A DNA stretch of 63,575 nucleotides, the filler included. It is 4 parts of 4 records of this genome, joined end to end, with 100 filler letters (N's around TTAATTAATTAA, not from the genome) between each part and the next. Parts side by side here need not be neighbours in the genome. Positions count along the whole stretch, not along the records: positions 33,997 to 49,654 come from DRR723986_586; positions 49,755 to 63,575 come from DRR723986_589; 2 more parts are not named here. One strand, 5' to 3'. This document shows positions 39,281 through 50,271 of this stretch, piece after piece. A program made the position numbers and the translations under genes. The notes under the pieces are model-generated. The model worked only from the letters and a program-made list of their open reading frames with translations, was not told where the DNA came from and made no database searches. Each line of letters opens with the position of its first letter. Position 1 is the stretch's first letter.

Positions 39281-39889
39281 ATGAGCAAAGCAACCCCAGG
39301 ACCTGATGGTCTAAACCGGTGCAATTGGAGCCATTCTGCTCCAGAGTTTTTTGACTACCATGACACCGAATGGGGGTTTCCAGTTGTTGATGATCGACGT
39401 CTGTTCGAGAAACTTTGCCTAGAAAGTTTTCAATCCGGGTTGAGCTGGCGGACAATCCTCAACAAACGAGATAGTTTTCGTTCTGCGTTTACTGAGTTTG
39501 ATTTCAACCGCATCGCTCAATTCACCAACGAAGATGTGCAACGCCTGCTGCTCGATACAGGTATTGTCCGCCACCGTGGAAAAATTGAGGCGGTGATCAA
39601 CAATGCAAAACGAGCGCAAGAAATGATCCGATCTGAAGGTTCGATTGCGGCCTATGTTTGGCGTTTTGAACCCAAGCCTGAAAATTGCCCGGAACCGCAA
39701 ACAGCTTCGACCTCAGCTGAATCCATTGCAATGTCCAAAGATCTCAAAAAGCGAGGTTGGAAATTTGTTGGACCAACTACGGCATTTGCTTTCATGCAGG
39801 CCATGGGCTTGATCAACGATCATGCCCATGGGTGCTTTTGTCGGGATATAGCCGCCGAGCAAAGACGCCAACTTACCCGCCCTGTTTAA
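39281..39889 (+). CDS. tag: DNA-3-methyladenine glycosylase I
   Basis: YHDTEWG, LESFQSGLSW, GIVRHRGKI, FVGPTT, GLINDH. Confidence 0.93.
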   Translation: MSKATPGPDGLNRCNWSHSAPEFFDYHDTEWGFPVVDDRRLFEKLCLESFQSGLSWRTILNKRDSFRSAFTEFDFNRIAQFTNEDVQRLLLDTGIVRHRGKIEAVINNAKRAQEMIRSEGSIAAYVWRFEPKPENCPEPQTASTSAESIAMSKDLKKRGWKFVGPTTAFAFMQAMGLINDHAHGCFCRDIAAEQRRQLTRPV

Positions 39890-39998
39890 CCAGCGTCACA
39901 TGTCGACGACCAGAACGTGCTTAGTGTAGGATTGCTCCAAGCACAGCTCAAATCAGAACCACTAGGCTTGTCGACATCGGCCCAAGTTTTGCCGGAAA

Positions 39999-40778
39999 TC
40001 ACACTTCTCGGCGACGTTTCTTTTGTCGTTTGATAATCGCGACCGTCCGGCGGCTGACAAAAATTGTATCGATCCACGCTACCATATGCTTTTCTTCATC
40101 GCTCAGCTCTGGTCCGTGTCGTTGGGCACAGGCTAGGGCCGCCTGCAAGCGATTGATATAGCTCCACAGAGATTCAGAGTGGTCCGCATATTGCGAACCC
40201 TCTTCATTTGAGAGGAAACTGGTATGGATATCTTCGATAATGTAAATGCCACCAGCGGGTAGCTTTGAAAAAAGGGTTTGCAGTCCGATGATCTGGTGTG
40301 ACCAAAAATGGCTCGCATCATCCAGAATGATTGATGGCTGCCAGTTCCTCGCAACTCGTTTCAAAAACCGAGGCCTAGAGGCATCACCAATTTCAACTGC
40401 GATCCGGTCTTCTTCGAAGTTCTTAGAAACCTTTTTGATATCGACCCCAACGATCTGCGCCTTGGGAAAAAACGCTTTCCACGTCCGTAAGGACGGCGCT
40501 TTTCGACTTGGGATACCGACACCCAGCTCAAGAAACGTAAAAACCTTGTCACGATACGGCGCTAAAAGGTATTCATAAAACCGCATGTAATCGTGCCGCT
40601 TAGAGCTTTTGTCGGTTCCCGCAGCAAGTGCAAGCCCGTCCAATTCCCCCAAAGGGAGAAGTGGCACAATTTCATGACTATCGTCAACGTCTTCAACATG
40701 CGCGTCAGTCACTTGATTGGTATGGTCGCCCAAATCAGTGTCTTTGGAAGAACTCTCCAGTACTTTTGTGGAATCCAT
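39999..40778 (-). CDS. Class I SAM-dependent O-methyltransferase (MycE/TylE-like)
   Basis: GTDK...HDY...LELGVG...SLRTWKAFFP...GVDI...IILDDASH...GGIYIIED. Confidence 0.75.
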   Translation of the reverse strand: MDSTKVLESSSKDTDLGDHTNQVTDAHVEDVDDSHEIVPLLPLGELDGLALAAGTDKSSKRHDYMRFYEYLLAPYRDKVFTFLELGVGIPSRKAPSLRTWKAFFPKAQIVGVDIKKVSKNFEEDRIAVEIGDASRPRFLKRVARNWQPSIILDDASHFWSHQIIGLQTLFSKLPAGGIYIIEDIHTSFLSNEEGSQYADHSESLWSYINRLQAALACAQRHGPELSDEEKHMVAWIDTIFVSRRTVAIIKRQKKRRREV

Positions 40779-40938
40779 TGCTCTTACTCGCCTATTGCTG
40801 CCTAAGACCGCTTATTTTTAGGTGTGTACGGTCCTCAACGTCAAAGATAAGATATCCCGGAGGATTGGTCTATTACCTTTGTATTGGAGAAATCTTAGTG
40901 GTGACAATCTCGCACGTTTCGTTCTGCCAGTAGTGCCG

Positions 40939-43254
40939 TTAATGCAATTGTTGATGCACCGTTTCTGTCAACTGGCTTAAGGAAAACGGCTTAGGCAGGA
41001 ACACTGAGTTGGGGATTTTCTGGCTAGACTCATCAAAGGCGCCTTCGGCATAGCCTGAAACAAAAACAACACGGACCTGCGGCCTATCTTTCAGCGCCTG
41101 TCGCACCCAAGTCGGGCCATCCAATCCAGGCATCACAACATCCGTGACAAAAACATCAACAAGCAGGCTCGCATCCTCGAGCGTTTTTAACGCTTCCTCA
41201 GCAGACTCAGCTTCCAAAACAGTATATCCCCGCAAGCGAAGGGCTCTTGAGGCAAAGGCACGTACTGGCGCTTCGTCCTCAACCAAAAGAACGACACCTT
41301 CCGCTTTTTTCGAAAGGTTAGGTTCACTCACGATTTTAGCAATCTTGTTGATTGACGCGTCGATTTCATGAGTTGGGAAATACAGGTTAAACTCGGTTCC
41401 CTTCCCCAAAATACTATCTACAAAGATAAATCCGCCTGTTTGTTTGATAATCCCATATGCAGTCGACAGGCCAAGCCCGGTACCCTCGCCAGTGCGTTTC
41501 GTTGTGTAAAACGGTTCAAATATTTTCTGAAGTTTATCGGGTTCAATCCCAACCCCTTCGTCCAGCACTTTGACATTCACATATTCGCCCGCTGCCAACA
41601 TAGCCCGATCGCGTTCCAGAGGCTCATCGAGGATCACAACTTCGGTCTCGATACGGATTTCCCCCCCTTGGGGCATGGCATCTCGTGCATTCACAACGAG
41701 GTTCATCAAAACCTGTTCCAGCTGCCGTTTATCCGCGCGGATGGATTTCAATATCGGGTCATGGCTAAGGGTCAATGTGATCTTTTCACCAACCAACCGA
41801 TTAAGGAGGTGGGTTAAATCAGACAGAGTATCCCGCAAATCTAGTGTCTCTAAACGCAGCGTTTGTTTTCTGGAAAAAGCAAGGAGCTGACTCACCAAGG
41901 CCGCCGCTCGGTTGGCATTCTGATTGATCTGCACCAGATCCCCAAAATCTTGATCACCTTGATCATGCCGCAAAAGCAAAAGATCGCAATGCCCTGAAAT
42001 TGCAGTCAAAAGATTGTTGAAATCATGAGCAACCCCACCAGCCAACTGTCCAATGGCCTGCATTTTCTGGCTTTGTACGAATTGCGCTTCGAGCGTTTTC
42101 AACTCAGTCGCATCGTTCAAAACCGCAATCAATTCACCATCTGTGACACGGCTGAGCGTGACCTGTGCAAACACCTCTTTGTCTTTGCGCGTCAGGCGTA
42201 AAAACTCCGAAGATTGTCCCTTGCGCTCAAAGGCAACATCCCCCAACCAATCCTCGATAGGACGGCCCAGTCCCTGCATAACACAGCCAAGTTCCATACC
42301 GGTCTCGGCTTTGGAACCTAGAAACTCTGCCGCCATTTGGTTGATTTCAAGGATCTGCCCCGACGGGGCAATCTTGATCATGGCCACAGGCAGAGTGCTG
42401 AAATCGGCCCCCAGATCAGGTGTATCTGATTTGGCTGCTACCGCGGCGGCAAATGCGCTGTTCACCGGAAACATATAATACTCATGCCTGACGCGCGACG
42501 CCGCACCAAGCACTACCGTAACTTGAACGGGACCCTGTTCAGTTGTTAGAGTTTGCAGCGACCCAGTCTCAAGGTCTTTTGTGAAAAACAAACGATCCAG
42601 AGATTTCACACGCCGCCCAACAAGTTTTAGCGCTGCTTCGTTCATGAAAAGAACAGCCCCGGACCGGCCGACAGTCAACATTGGAACGGGAAGCGTATCC
42701 AAACTCCGACCCGAGCCGTTTCTTTCGGTTAGTGCTTCCAGACGCCATAGGAATTTCTTGTCTCCAAGAACGTGCACCGAAATACGCGATTGCCCAACTT
42801 TGGTGACAACATCTTCACGTGCGTTCCCGTCGATCTTTGCTTTGCATTGCAGTCGAAAAAGCACGGCAGACGGATTCGCGAAAATCGATCGCATCGCCGT
42901 GGCCAATGTTTCGTCATCTTTGAGCGTGAACCCGACTGAAGCAGCCGAGTTTTTGGCTAGAATGATGCCTTCATCATCCACCACAAAACAAGGTGCTCCG
43001 TCCTTTTCAATATAAGAGGTCAAAGCATCACGGCCAGCGGATGTGCTCTGATACCATTTTATCACCGTCATAACCAAAACAACGGCGAACAGAGCCGCAC
43101 CTGTGGCAAACAGCGTAAATCGGGTCGCTCCTTCGACCAGCCCAGCAAAAGATGCGCCTACAAAACCCGTCCCCAAAAACAGGAACAAAACCTTCAGCTG
43201 ACGATGTAACGATTCGCTTCTCAAAGGTGGTATTGGGGAGGTAATATGAGACAA
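40939..43254 (-). CDS. cckA: Hybrid sensor histidine kinase CckA
   Basis: Two TM helices, PAS domains, QSQKMQAIGQLAGGVAHDFNNLL, GEGTGLGL, C-terminal receiver; downstream of the RsmB/NOP gene. Confidence 0.9.
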   Translation of the reverse strand: MSHITSPIPPLRSESLHRQLKVLFLFLGTGFVGASFAGLVEGATRFTLFATGAALFAVVLVMTVIKWYQSTSAGRDALTSYIEKDGAPCFVVDDEGIILAKNSAASVGFTLKDDETLATAMRSIFANPSAVLFRLQCKAKIDGNAREDVVTKVGQSRISVHVLGDKKFLWRLEALTERNGSGRSLDTLPVPMLTVGRSGAVLFMNEAALKLVGRRVKSLDRLFFTKDLETGSLQTLTTEQGPVQVTVVLGAASRVRHEYYMFPVNSAFAAAVAAKSDTPDLGADFSTLPVAMIKIAPSGQILEINQMAAEFLGSKAETGMELGCVMQGLGRPIEDWLGDVAFERKGQSSEFLRLTRKDKEVFAQVTLSRVTDGELIAVLNDATELKTLEAQFVQSQKMQAIGQLAGGVAHDFNNLLTAISGHCDLLLLRHDQGDQDFGDLVQINQNANRAAALVSQLLAFSRKQTLRLETLDLRDTLSDLTHLLNRLVGEKITLTLSHDPILKSIRADKRQLEQVLMNLVVNARDAMPQGGEIRIETEVVILDEPLERDRAMLAAGEYVNVKVLDEGVGIEPDKLQKIFEPFYTTKRTGEGTGLGLSTAYGIIKQTGGFIFVDSILGKGTEFNLYFPTHEIDASINKIAKIVSEPNLSKKAEGVVLLVEDEAPVRAFASRALRLRGYTVLEAESAEEALKTLEDASLLVDVFVTDVVMPGLDGPTWVRQALKDRPQVRVVFVSGYAEGAFDESSQKIPNSVFLPKPFSLSQLTETVHQQLH

Positions 43255-43362
43255 GTCGACAAGGCTCCGGCAAAGTAGCTGCTGGAGTATTTCGCGTCCA
43301 AAGGGTTAAGTCCTGCTTAATGAACGCAAAATATCCCGCATAAGTTGCTACCCCGCGACGCG

Positions 43363-44526
43363 TTATCGCGTCAAGTGTGCTGTGTAAAACCCGTCCCCAT
43401 CTTCAAGCGGCGTCCAGGATTTCGAAAATGTGCAGGCCCATGTAGGGTGGCTTGATACAAACCCGTCAATTTGCTGATTATTTTCAACGGACAGCAACGA
43501 ACACGTGGCATAAGCCAACACACCTTCTGGTGTTGTCAGTTCAGCACATTGAGACAAGACCTGTGATTGAATCGCAACCAGTTCATCAAGGCGATCTTGT
43601 GAAAGCTCCCATTTTCCAGCAGGTGAACGACGCCATGCTCCGCTCCCCGAACACGGGGCATCCACAAGCACAATATCAAATGGTGCCAGCTCCTCTAGGT
43701 CGGCAGTAGACGCGCACTGAATTTCCACACCAGCCCGGGCGGCGCGCTTGGGGATGTCTTTCATGCGTTGGGGCGCAATATCATGTGCCACAACGATCAC
43801 GCCATCATGAGCTGCGAGTGCGAGAGCTTTCCCACCACCACCAGCGCAATAGTCTAAGACACGCATTCCGGGTTTAAGGGACAGTGCCTCGATTACCGCT
43901 TGACTGGATGCATCCTGAAGCTCGATCAAACCATCTTGAAAACAAGTTGAGTTGTTGATCTTTCGGGCACCTTCCAACACATTCAATGCTGTGCCAACAG
44001 TCGCATGTGCCACTGTCTCGATACCTTCATCCCGCAATTTTTGCTGGACTGTGTCACGATCAGATTTGCCTACATTGACGCGCAATTGCACAGGGGCCCG
44101 GTTTCGCAGAGCGCCGGCCACATCGTCTGCTTTCTCCCCCAGATCGGCCTGAAAAACGGGCCACAACCAAGTCGGGATATCCAAGCGATCCCTCGCAGAA
44201 GTCGCTTCCGCTCCTGCCTCTTGTTCGTTCGCCTCAAGGGGGGCTGGGCCATAGGTTCCGCCGGAAAAAGCCTCTTCGAGTGAGACACCATTGGCACGAC
44301 AAGAGCCAATCATCAAATGACGACCAGTGGTCCCGCCTCCTAACGCCCCAAAGGACGACCGGCGCCGCAACACATCAAACACGTGATCCCGGATCGCAGC
44401 ACGATCCTTGGACCCCGCAAACCGGCTGCGCCGGGCCCACGCGGTCAAGGCTTGTTCCGCAGGCTGCCCGCCCAAAATGGTATCTAGAATTTCAATTGCC
44501 GTTTGAATGCGTGCTGCGGGTGTCAT
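43363..44526 (-). CDS. RsmB/NOP-family RNA cytosine-C5 methyltransferase
   Basis: MTPAARIQTAIE, RFAGSKDR, LQDASSQ, DYCAGGGGK, DAPCSGSG, YATCS. Confidence 0.9.
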   Translation of the reverse strand: MTPAARIQTAIEILDTILGGQPAEQALTAWARRSRFAGSKDRAAIRDHVFDVLRRRSSFGALGGGTTGRHLMIGSCRANGVSLEEAFSGGTYGPAPLEANEQEAGAEATSARDRLDIPTWLWPVFQADLGEKADDVAGALRNRAPVQLRVNVGKSDRDTVQQKLRDEGIETVAHATVGTALNVLEGARKINNSTCFQDGLIELQDASSQAVIEALSLKPGMRVLDYCAGGGGKALALAAHDGVIVVAHDIAPQRMKDIPKRAARAGVEIQCASTADLEELAPFDIVLVDAPCSGSGAWRRSPAGKWELSQDRLDELVAIQSQVLSQCAELTTPEGVLAYATCSLLSVENNQQIDGFVSSHPTWACTFSKSWTPLEDGDGFYTAHLTR

Positions 44527-44871
44527 AGGTCCGACCTTTACGTTGAGCCGCCAGAACAGGAAATCCGGCAGGTTGAGCTTGAACACGCCGGGCAGCAACG
44601 ATCCAGCAGACCCAATTTACCAAGGCCCATCCGAACTATTTCGCGAAACGTGATTTTTGCGATCTATACCTCACCATAACCGATTGAAACCACATTTTCG
44701 GTTTCCCCTTTGGCAAAGACAAAGAACGGATGTCTTGTTAGGCGCTTGCCCCTCATGAACGATCCTGTACGGTCCGCAATTGTTAGCCATTTGACTTTGG
44801 GTGACGCTCAAACATTCTTTGAAGGACGTGCAGCTATACGGCCTGCCCCACCTACTGCCAGGAAACTAAAT

Positions 44872-45852
44872 TTGCCTACGTTGGATGCACTAGAACGCAA
44901 AAAGCTGGAAAGCCGATCATTGGTAATCAGCATGTGGGGGAACCTGTTTATGGGAGTAGCCGGGGTCTTGGCCGCCGTCCTGTCAAATTCCAACGCGATC
45001 CTTGTTGATGGTCTGTTTTCCCTGATTGGTTTCACTGCGGCTTTGTTAGGTCGGAAAGTCAGCCGGAAAGTCGACGCCGGTCCAGATAGGCTACGCCCAA
45101 TTGGGTACGCGGCTGATGAAGCTATTTTTACCACATTTAGGGCGCTCTCTCTTTTAGGGTTGGTGTTGTTTGCAATCTCTGGCGCCGTGATGAACATCTA
45201 CAACTACGCAACCGGCCATCCACCGGAACCCCTGATCTTTGAGCCGCTTATCCTTTATTTCATAATCATCGGGATGACATGTTTCTTGCTGTGGTGGGTG
45301 CATCGCATGTCTTGGAAAAAGATCGGTGAGAACAGCGATGTGCTACGGCTCGAGGCGAAAGCAGCAGCGTTCGATGGAATTATCACAGCTGCAGCCGGCG
45401 CTGGCATTTTGGCTATCCTATTGCTGCAGGATACAGCCTTGGGCGTCATCACCCCTGTCGGAGATTCCGTTATCGTTCTGATCCTGTGCCTGACAGTTGT
45501 CACTCAATACTATTCGGATTTCATGGCGGGTCTTGCAGAGCTCGCCGGTGTCACAGCCGGGCCAGAACACATTGCAAAAGCTCGACGCGCCATTCGTGAA
45601 ACCTTGGCGATGGATGGCGGGCGTCTCGTAGATCTGTCGATCTTAAAACTGGGGCGCAGTTTCCACGTTGCGATTTATTATGATCCAATGCGAGCGCTAG
45701 GAGCGCAGGACTTTGATAAGCTAACACTTGACTTAGAACATGCCCTTGTAAGGGTGATGCCACTGGTGGAAGTTGTTGTATTGCCAACCCAGTATGGTCG
45801 GAGATGGCCAGATGACGTGAACCCGCGCACAAATCCGCGCGCTTCGCCGTGA
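44872..45852 (+). CDS. Cation diffusion facilitator family transporter (start uncertain; TTG 44872 likely)
   Basis: About six TM segments; SNSNAILVDGLFS and AAAFDGII motifs. Confidence 0.75.
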   Translation: MPTLDALERKKLESRSLVISMWGNLFMGVAGVLAAVLSNSNAILVDGLFSLIGFTAALLGRKVSRKVDAGPDRLRPIGYAADEAIFTTFRALSLLGLVLFAISGAVMNIYNYATGHPPEPLIFEPLILYFIIIGMTCFLLWWVHRMSWKKIGENSDVLRLEAKAAAFDGIITAAAGAGILAILLLQDTALGVITPVGDSVIVLILCLTVVTQYYSDFMAGLAELAGVTAGPEHIAKARRAIRETLAMDGGRLVDLSILKLGRSFHVAIYYDPMRALGAQDFDKLTLDLEHALVRVMPLVEVVVLPTQYGRRWPDDVNPRTNPRASP

Positions 45853-45917
45853 CACATAAAACGGACGATTGCGTGTGTGTCACCCAATCGTCCTGATCAA
45901 TCCTGATGTCTTAGAAG

Positions 45918-48335
45918 TTAGACTTTGACCCTTTGATTTTCAGGATCGTAGAGTCCGGCCGCGACGACTGTCGCAGCGACACTTAGACCGATTATATCTA
46001 CGGCCAATTCAGTCCCGACTTCGGAATGTTCCGGAGCGACAAAAGCCATTGCCAAATTCAAACCAGTACGATGCCCCCAATCGCCTGACGTGACGGTACC
46101 GACCACTTGCCCTGTATGCATGACCGATGCGCCACCATGGGCTGGTGCCTCACGTGTACTTAAGCTTAGTGTCACCAACTGCTTTTGCACGCCCACTGCT
46201 TGCCTTTCCATCAGCGCGGCCTTGCCAACGAAATCCTTGTCCATTTTCACGAAACGCTGCAACCCGGTTTCGAATGGATCGAATTCGGTTTGGATTTCAG
46301 CCTTCCAATGAAGGTATCCCTTTTCAAGGCGCATGGATTCCACAGCACGACTGCCAAACAGGCGTAGATCATGTTCTTCGCCCGCGCTGCGCAGCGCCTG
46401 ATAGGCACCATACAGTTGATTGTTCGGCACATGAATTTCATAGGCCAATTCACCCGAAAAGCTGACCGCCATGACAACTGCTGGGGCAATCCCCACAAAG
46501 GCTTGGCGAACAGACAACCATGGAAACGCCTGAGCCGTCCAATCCCCGCGAGATGCGGCTGACAAGACGTCACGGGCTTTGGGGCCTGCCAAAACAAGGA
46601 TCGTGTGCTCGTTGGTCAAGGACCGGATCTGTACATCCTCGTCCTCCTTTAGATGCGCCTGTAACCAATCCATATCATGCCACTCCGATGCGGCCGCAGA
46701 TCCGTACCAAACGCGCCCATCAGGCAGGTTTGCGATCGTCGCTTCGGATTTGACCATGCCATGGTGGTTGAGCATATACCCCAGCCCAACGCGCCCTGCC
46801 TTTTTGGTCACACGCCCGCAAAACATCCGATCCAGAAAACTGTGCACGTCGTTTCCAGTCATCTCAAACCGATTGAACCCGTTCACTTCGGTCAAGCCAA
46901 CGCTGTTTTGTACAGCGCGCACTTCGTCCGCAATGACATCGAACGCCTCATTGAAACGAAACCCATGTGTTTCGCTGAAGTCTCTGCTGGGCTTGATGTA
47001 ATCCATCCGTTCCCACCCATTGATGACACCAAACTCAGCCCCTTCGGCAGCCAGGATCGGGGTCAGCGGCGTAGTCTTCATCGGGCGTCCCGCAGGGCGG
47101 TGCTCATGTGGAAAGTGGAACCGGAATTCATTCTGGTAGTCTTCGATCGCCTTGAGAGCTGTCAGTTCCACATTACAATGTCCTGTGAACCGCCGTGGAT
47201 CGATACACCACGTATCAAAACACGCTTCACCATGAACAATTTGTTGCGCCAACAGCCAGCCATGACCGCCACCTTCTCCAAGACCAGCACGCAAGCCAAT
47301 GATGCAAAACGCATTTCTCTTGCCTGGGATTGGTCCCACCAACGGTGCTCCATCAATGGTATATGTGATTGGGCCATTCACCACTGTGTGTATGCCAACC
47401 TCGGCAAGCGCGGGCATCCGCACCATCGCCCCCTCTAACACATCAGTCACACGCTCCAGATCGTCCGGGCACAATGCGTTGACAAAGTTCGGATCGATCC
47501 CGTCCATGCCCCAGGTCTTGCAATCCTGTTCATAGAACCCAACAAGCAGGCCATTCTTTTCCTGACGAGAGTAGTAATCACTGATCGGGCAACGGATCAG
47601 GGGCATGCGGTGACCCGCATCTCTGATGGCTGGAATCTCTTCGGTTAGGAAATACTGATGCTCCATCGACGTCACTGGATGGTGTACTCCCATCATAGCG
47701 CCAACTTCATTTACCCTATAACCACAAGCATTTACGACGATCTCTGCATGTACATCACCTTTAGGTGTTGAAACGATCCAACTGTCATCAGGCAGTTGCT
47801 TCAACGCTGTGACAGGGGTATTTCGATGAACTTCGGCACCCGCTTTACGCGCGCGTCGCGCCAATGCCTGGCACAGTTGAGCCGGATCGATATCCCCATC
47901 CATCGGGTCCCAAAGACCACCAACCAAGTTGTCTGTCGCAAGCAATGGATGGCGCCGTGCACATTCTTCAGCATCAATGACTTCAAACTCGACATCCATA
48001 CCCCGCGCCATGGACGCAAAGTGGCGATACCCATCCATTTGGGCCTGTGTGTTCGCCAGCCGAATACCACCATCTGCATGGTGGTAATTGATCGGGTATT
48101 CCGGGTCTTCTGACAGCTCTTTATAGAGCTTTATGGAATGGCTTTTTAACCCCACCATCGTTTGGTTCATTCCGAAATTCGTCACCTGCGCAGCAGAATG
48201 CCACGTCGTTCCTGAGGTCAGCTCGTTGCGCTCCAACAGCATGACATCTGTCCACCCTTCTTGCGTCAGATGATAAAGGGCTGAACACCCTGCAATACCG
48301 CCACCGATAACTACCACTCGAGCTGTAGAACGCAT
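45918..48335 (-). CDS. GcvT-family FAD oxidoreductase (dimethylglycine/sarcosine dehydrogenase-like)
   Basis: IGGGIAG, LTSGTTWHSA, NGPITYTIDG, SFSGELAYEIH, SMRLEKGY. Confidence 0.9.
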   Translation of the reverse strand: MRSTARVVVIGGGIAGCSALYHLTQEGWTDVMLLERNELTSGTTWHSAAQVTNFGMNQTMVGLKSHSIKLYKELSEDPEYPINYHHADGGIRLANTQAQMDGYRHFASMARGMDVEFEVIDAEECARRHPLLATDNLVGGLWDPMDGDIDPAQLCQALARRARKAGAEVHRNTPVTALKQLPDDSWIVSTPKGDVHAEIVVNACGYRVNEVGAMMGVHHPVTSMEHQYFLTEEIPAIRDAGHRMPLIRCPISDYYSRQEKNGLLVGFYEQDCKTWGMDGIDPNFVNALCPDDLERVTDVLEGAMVRMPALAEVGIHTVVNGPITYTIDGAPLVGPIPGKRNAFCIIGLRAGLGEGGGHGWLLAQQIVHGEACFDTWCIDPRRFTGHCNVELTALKAIEDYQNEFRFHFPHEHRPAGRPMKTTPLTPILAAEGAEFGVINGWERMDYIKPSRDFSETHGFRFNEAFDVIADEVRAVQNSVGLTEVNGFNRFEMTGNDVHSFLDRMFCGRVTKKAGRVGLGYMLNHHGMVKSEATIANLPDGRVWYGSAAASEWHDMDWLQAHLKEDEDVQIRSLTNEHTILVLAGPKARDVLSAASRGDWTAQAFPWLSVRQAFVGIAPAVVMAVSFSGELAYEIHVPNNQLYGAYQALRSAGEEHDLRLFGSRAVESMRLEKGYLHWKAEIQTEFDPFETGLQRFVKMDKDFVGKAALMERQAVGVQKQLVTLSLSTREAPAHGGASVMHTGQVVGTVTSGDWGHRTGLNLAMAFVAPEHSEVGTELAVDIIGLSVAATVVAAGLYDPENQRVKV

Positions 48336-48608
48336 TTGATCCTCCGTTTGTTGCGGCGAAGAAACGACTTGAAACGACTTAGGTCAACGACACGGCGGCT
48401 AGTTTTCAAACACCTCATATTGATTTCATTTTTTGAAATCTAATCGAATCTCCAGTGCCCGAAAAATGCATCAAGTTCGCCATGCAGGCCACTGATTCAT
48501 AACAACTTATATTTTAAACTGAAATATCAAAGTGTTCGCCAGCGCTTGAAACCACGAACCGAGGAACACTAAAATACACCGGCTTTCATCAGCTAAGGCA
48601 TAGCACAC

Positions 48609-48638
48609 AAAAAGGCCGGGCTTTCATCCGGCCTTTTT
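48609..48638. terminator. Rho-independent (bidirectional) terminator
   Basis: AAAAAGGCCGGG-CTTTCA-TCCGGCCTTTTT. Confidence 0.85.
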
Positions 48639-48657
48639 GCAAAACTAACGATTGGGA

Positions 48658-49654
48658 TCAAGCGCGACGACGGCGGCCGCCACGACCACCACGGCCCCGA
48701 CCTTCTTCGCCTTCTTTGGCTGGCGCTTTGTTAAACTTGATCCACTCACCACCGTGCGGGTCATTGTTGGTCAAGAAATTGGCGGCACGGATGGCTTCCA
48801 TTTCTTTACCTGCGCGCGCTTTGGTCGAGCCCAAGCCGAACATCTGGCAAAACGCTTCGTCGTCCATATCCGCTGGCAGCACGAGTCCTGTCGCTTCGAC
48901 TTCGGCGCGTTTCTCCGCGATTTTCTTAGGTCCAACCGGCAATGCTACTGGGTTCATGATCGCAGAAGTCATACCCGCGCCCATCGCCATCGGCAGGAAT
49001 GCGTTGTTGATACCGTGACGGTTTGGTAAACCGAACGAGATGTTGGAAGCGCCGCATGTGGTGTTCACACCCAGCTCTTCGCGCAAGCGTCGTACCAAAG
49101 CGAAAACCTGCAAACCGGCAGTTCCCATCGCGCCAACTGGCATTACCAGCGGATCAACCACAATATCATGGGCTGGAATGCCAAAGTCTGCTGCGCGTTC
49201 TACGATTTTCTTCGCGACAGCAAAACGTACATCGGGATCCTCGGAAATGCCGGTGTCATCGTTCGAAATTGCAACAACTGGAACATTGTACTTTTTGACC
49301 AACGGCAAAATTTCTTCAAGACGCTCCTCTTCACCCGTTACCGAGTTCAGCAAGGGACGACCCTCAGCAATCTCCAAACCCGCCTCAAGCGCGCCGGGAA
49401 CCGACGAGTCGATGCACAACGGCACATCAACCAAGCCTTGTACCAACTCAACGATCTTGCGCATCAGCGGTGGCTCGGTCTCGTTAGGGTTGGGGTTGGA
49501 ATTGTATACAACGCCAGCATTGATATCGAGCACAGTTGCACCGGCCAGAACCTGTGCAACAGCATCTTTTTCAACAGTCGAAAAATCGCCTGCTTCCAAC
49601 TCTGCCGCCAGCTTTTTACGGCCAGTGGGGTTGATCCGCTCGCCGATCACGCAG
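48658..49654 (-). CDS. Methyltetrahydrofolate:cobalamin methyltransferase (pterin-binding module of a split MetH), 5'-truncated
   Basis: IGERINPTGRK, LCIDSS, LLNSVTGE, VVDPLV, GASNISFGLP. Confidence 0.9.
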
Positions 49655-49754
49655 NNNNNNNNNNNNNNNNNNNNNNNNNNNNNNNNNNNNNNNNNNNNTT
49701 AATTAATTAANNNNNNNNNNNNNNNNNNNNNNNNNNNNNNNNNNNNNNNNNNNN
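49655..49754. other. Artificial contig-joining spacer
   Basis: N44-TTAATTAATTAA-N44. Confidence 0.98.
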
Positions 49755-49971
49755 TCATGCAGATGGGGCGCTCGCACCGCTTACAGAGAAAGCTCACAGA
49801 GCTTTGTTTTTAAGTATTTTTTTAAAACCGCCAAAAGACCGGCGTTTACCACAAATAGTTGTGTGACAAGATTGCAACACATTCCTGAGTTCATTGAGGA
49901 TGGAATTGAAAGGTGCCGTCGCAATTTTTTGTCAGCACAGAAACAATCGCTAAGCGTCAGAGCGCTCCACC

Positions 49972-50271
49972 TCAGGGTTTGCTGTGATTACTGTCTTCAG
50001 CCAAGAAGTGAGCTTCAAGCGGGCCGAGTACGGCGCTGATTATCCTGGCTCTCGCCTGAGTACGGCGCTGAGAGCAGTCCTCGTCAGGCTGAAAACTTTC
50101 TATAAGGTGAGCGGCAGAAATACCTTTTGACTCGAGCGCCCGCTCGAGCGTGTCGAGCCGCTCCTTGACGACGCTCAGTTCAATCGCAACTCCGGTCAAC
50201 GAATTGACCAAAGCATCGATCAGCGGGTCATCAAAGAAGGTCTGTTTTTCGAGGCGCGCGGGAGCTTTCAT
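49972..50271 (-). CDS. Small helical hypothetical protein (methyltransferase partner 1)
   Basis: ATGA overlap with the methyltransferase; ELSVVKERLDTLERALESKGI...IESFQPD, homologous to 57095-57376. Confidence 0.8.
   Translation of the reverse strand: MKAPARLEKQTFFDDPLIDALVNSLTGVAIELSVVKERLDTLERALESKGISAAHLIESFQPDEDCSQRRTQARARIISAVLGPLEAHFLAEDSNHSKP

Noticed and set aside
49859-49869. Dyad TTGTGTGACAA resembling a GntR/FadR operator
   Set aside because: Single instance at a contig edge with no regulator or target gene visible.
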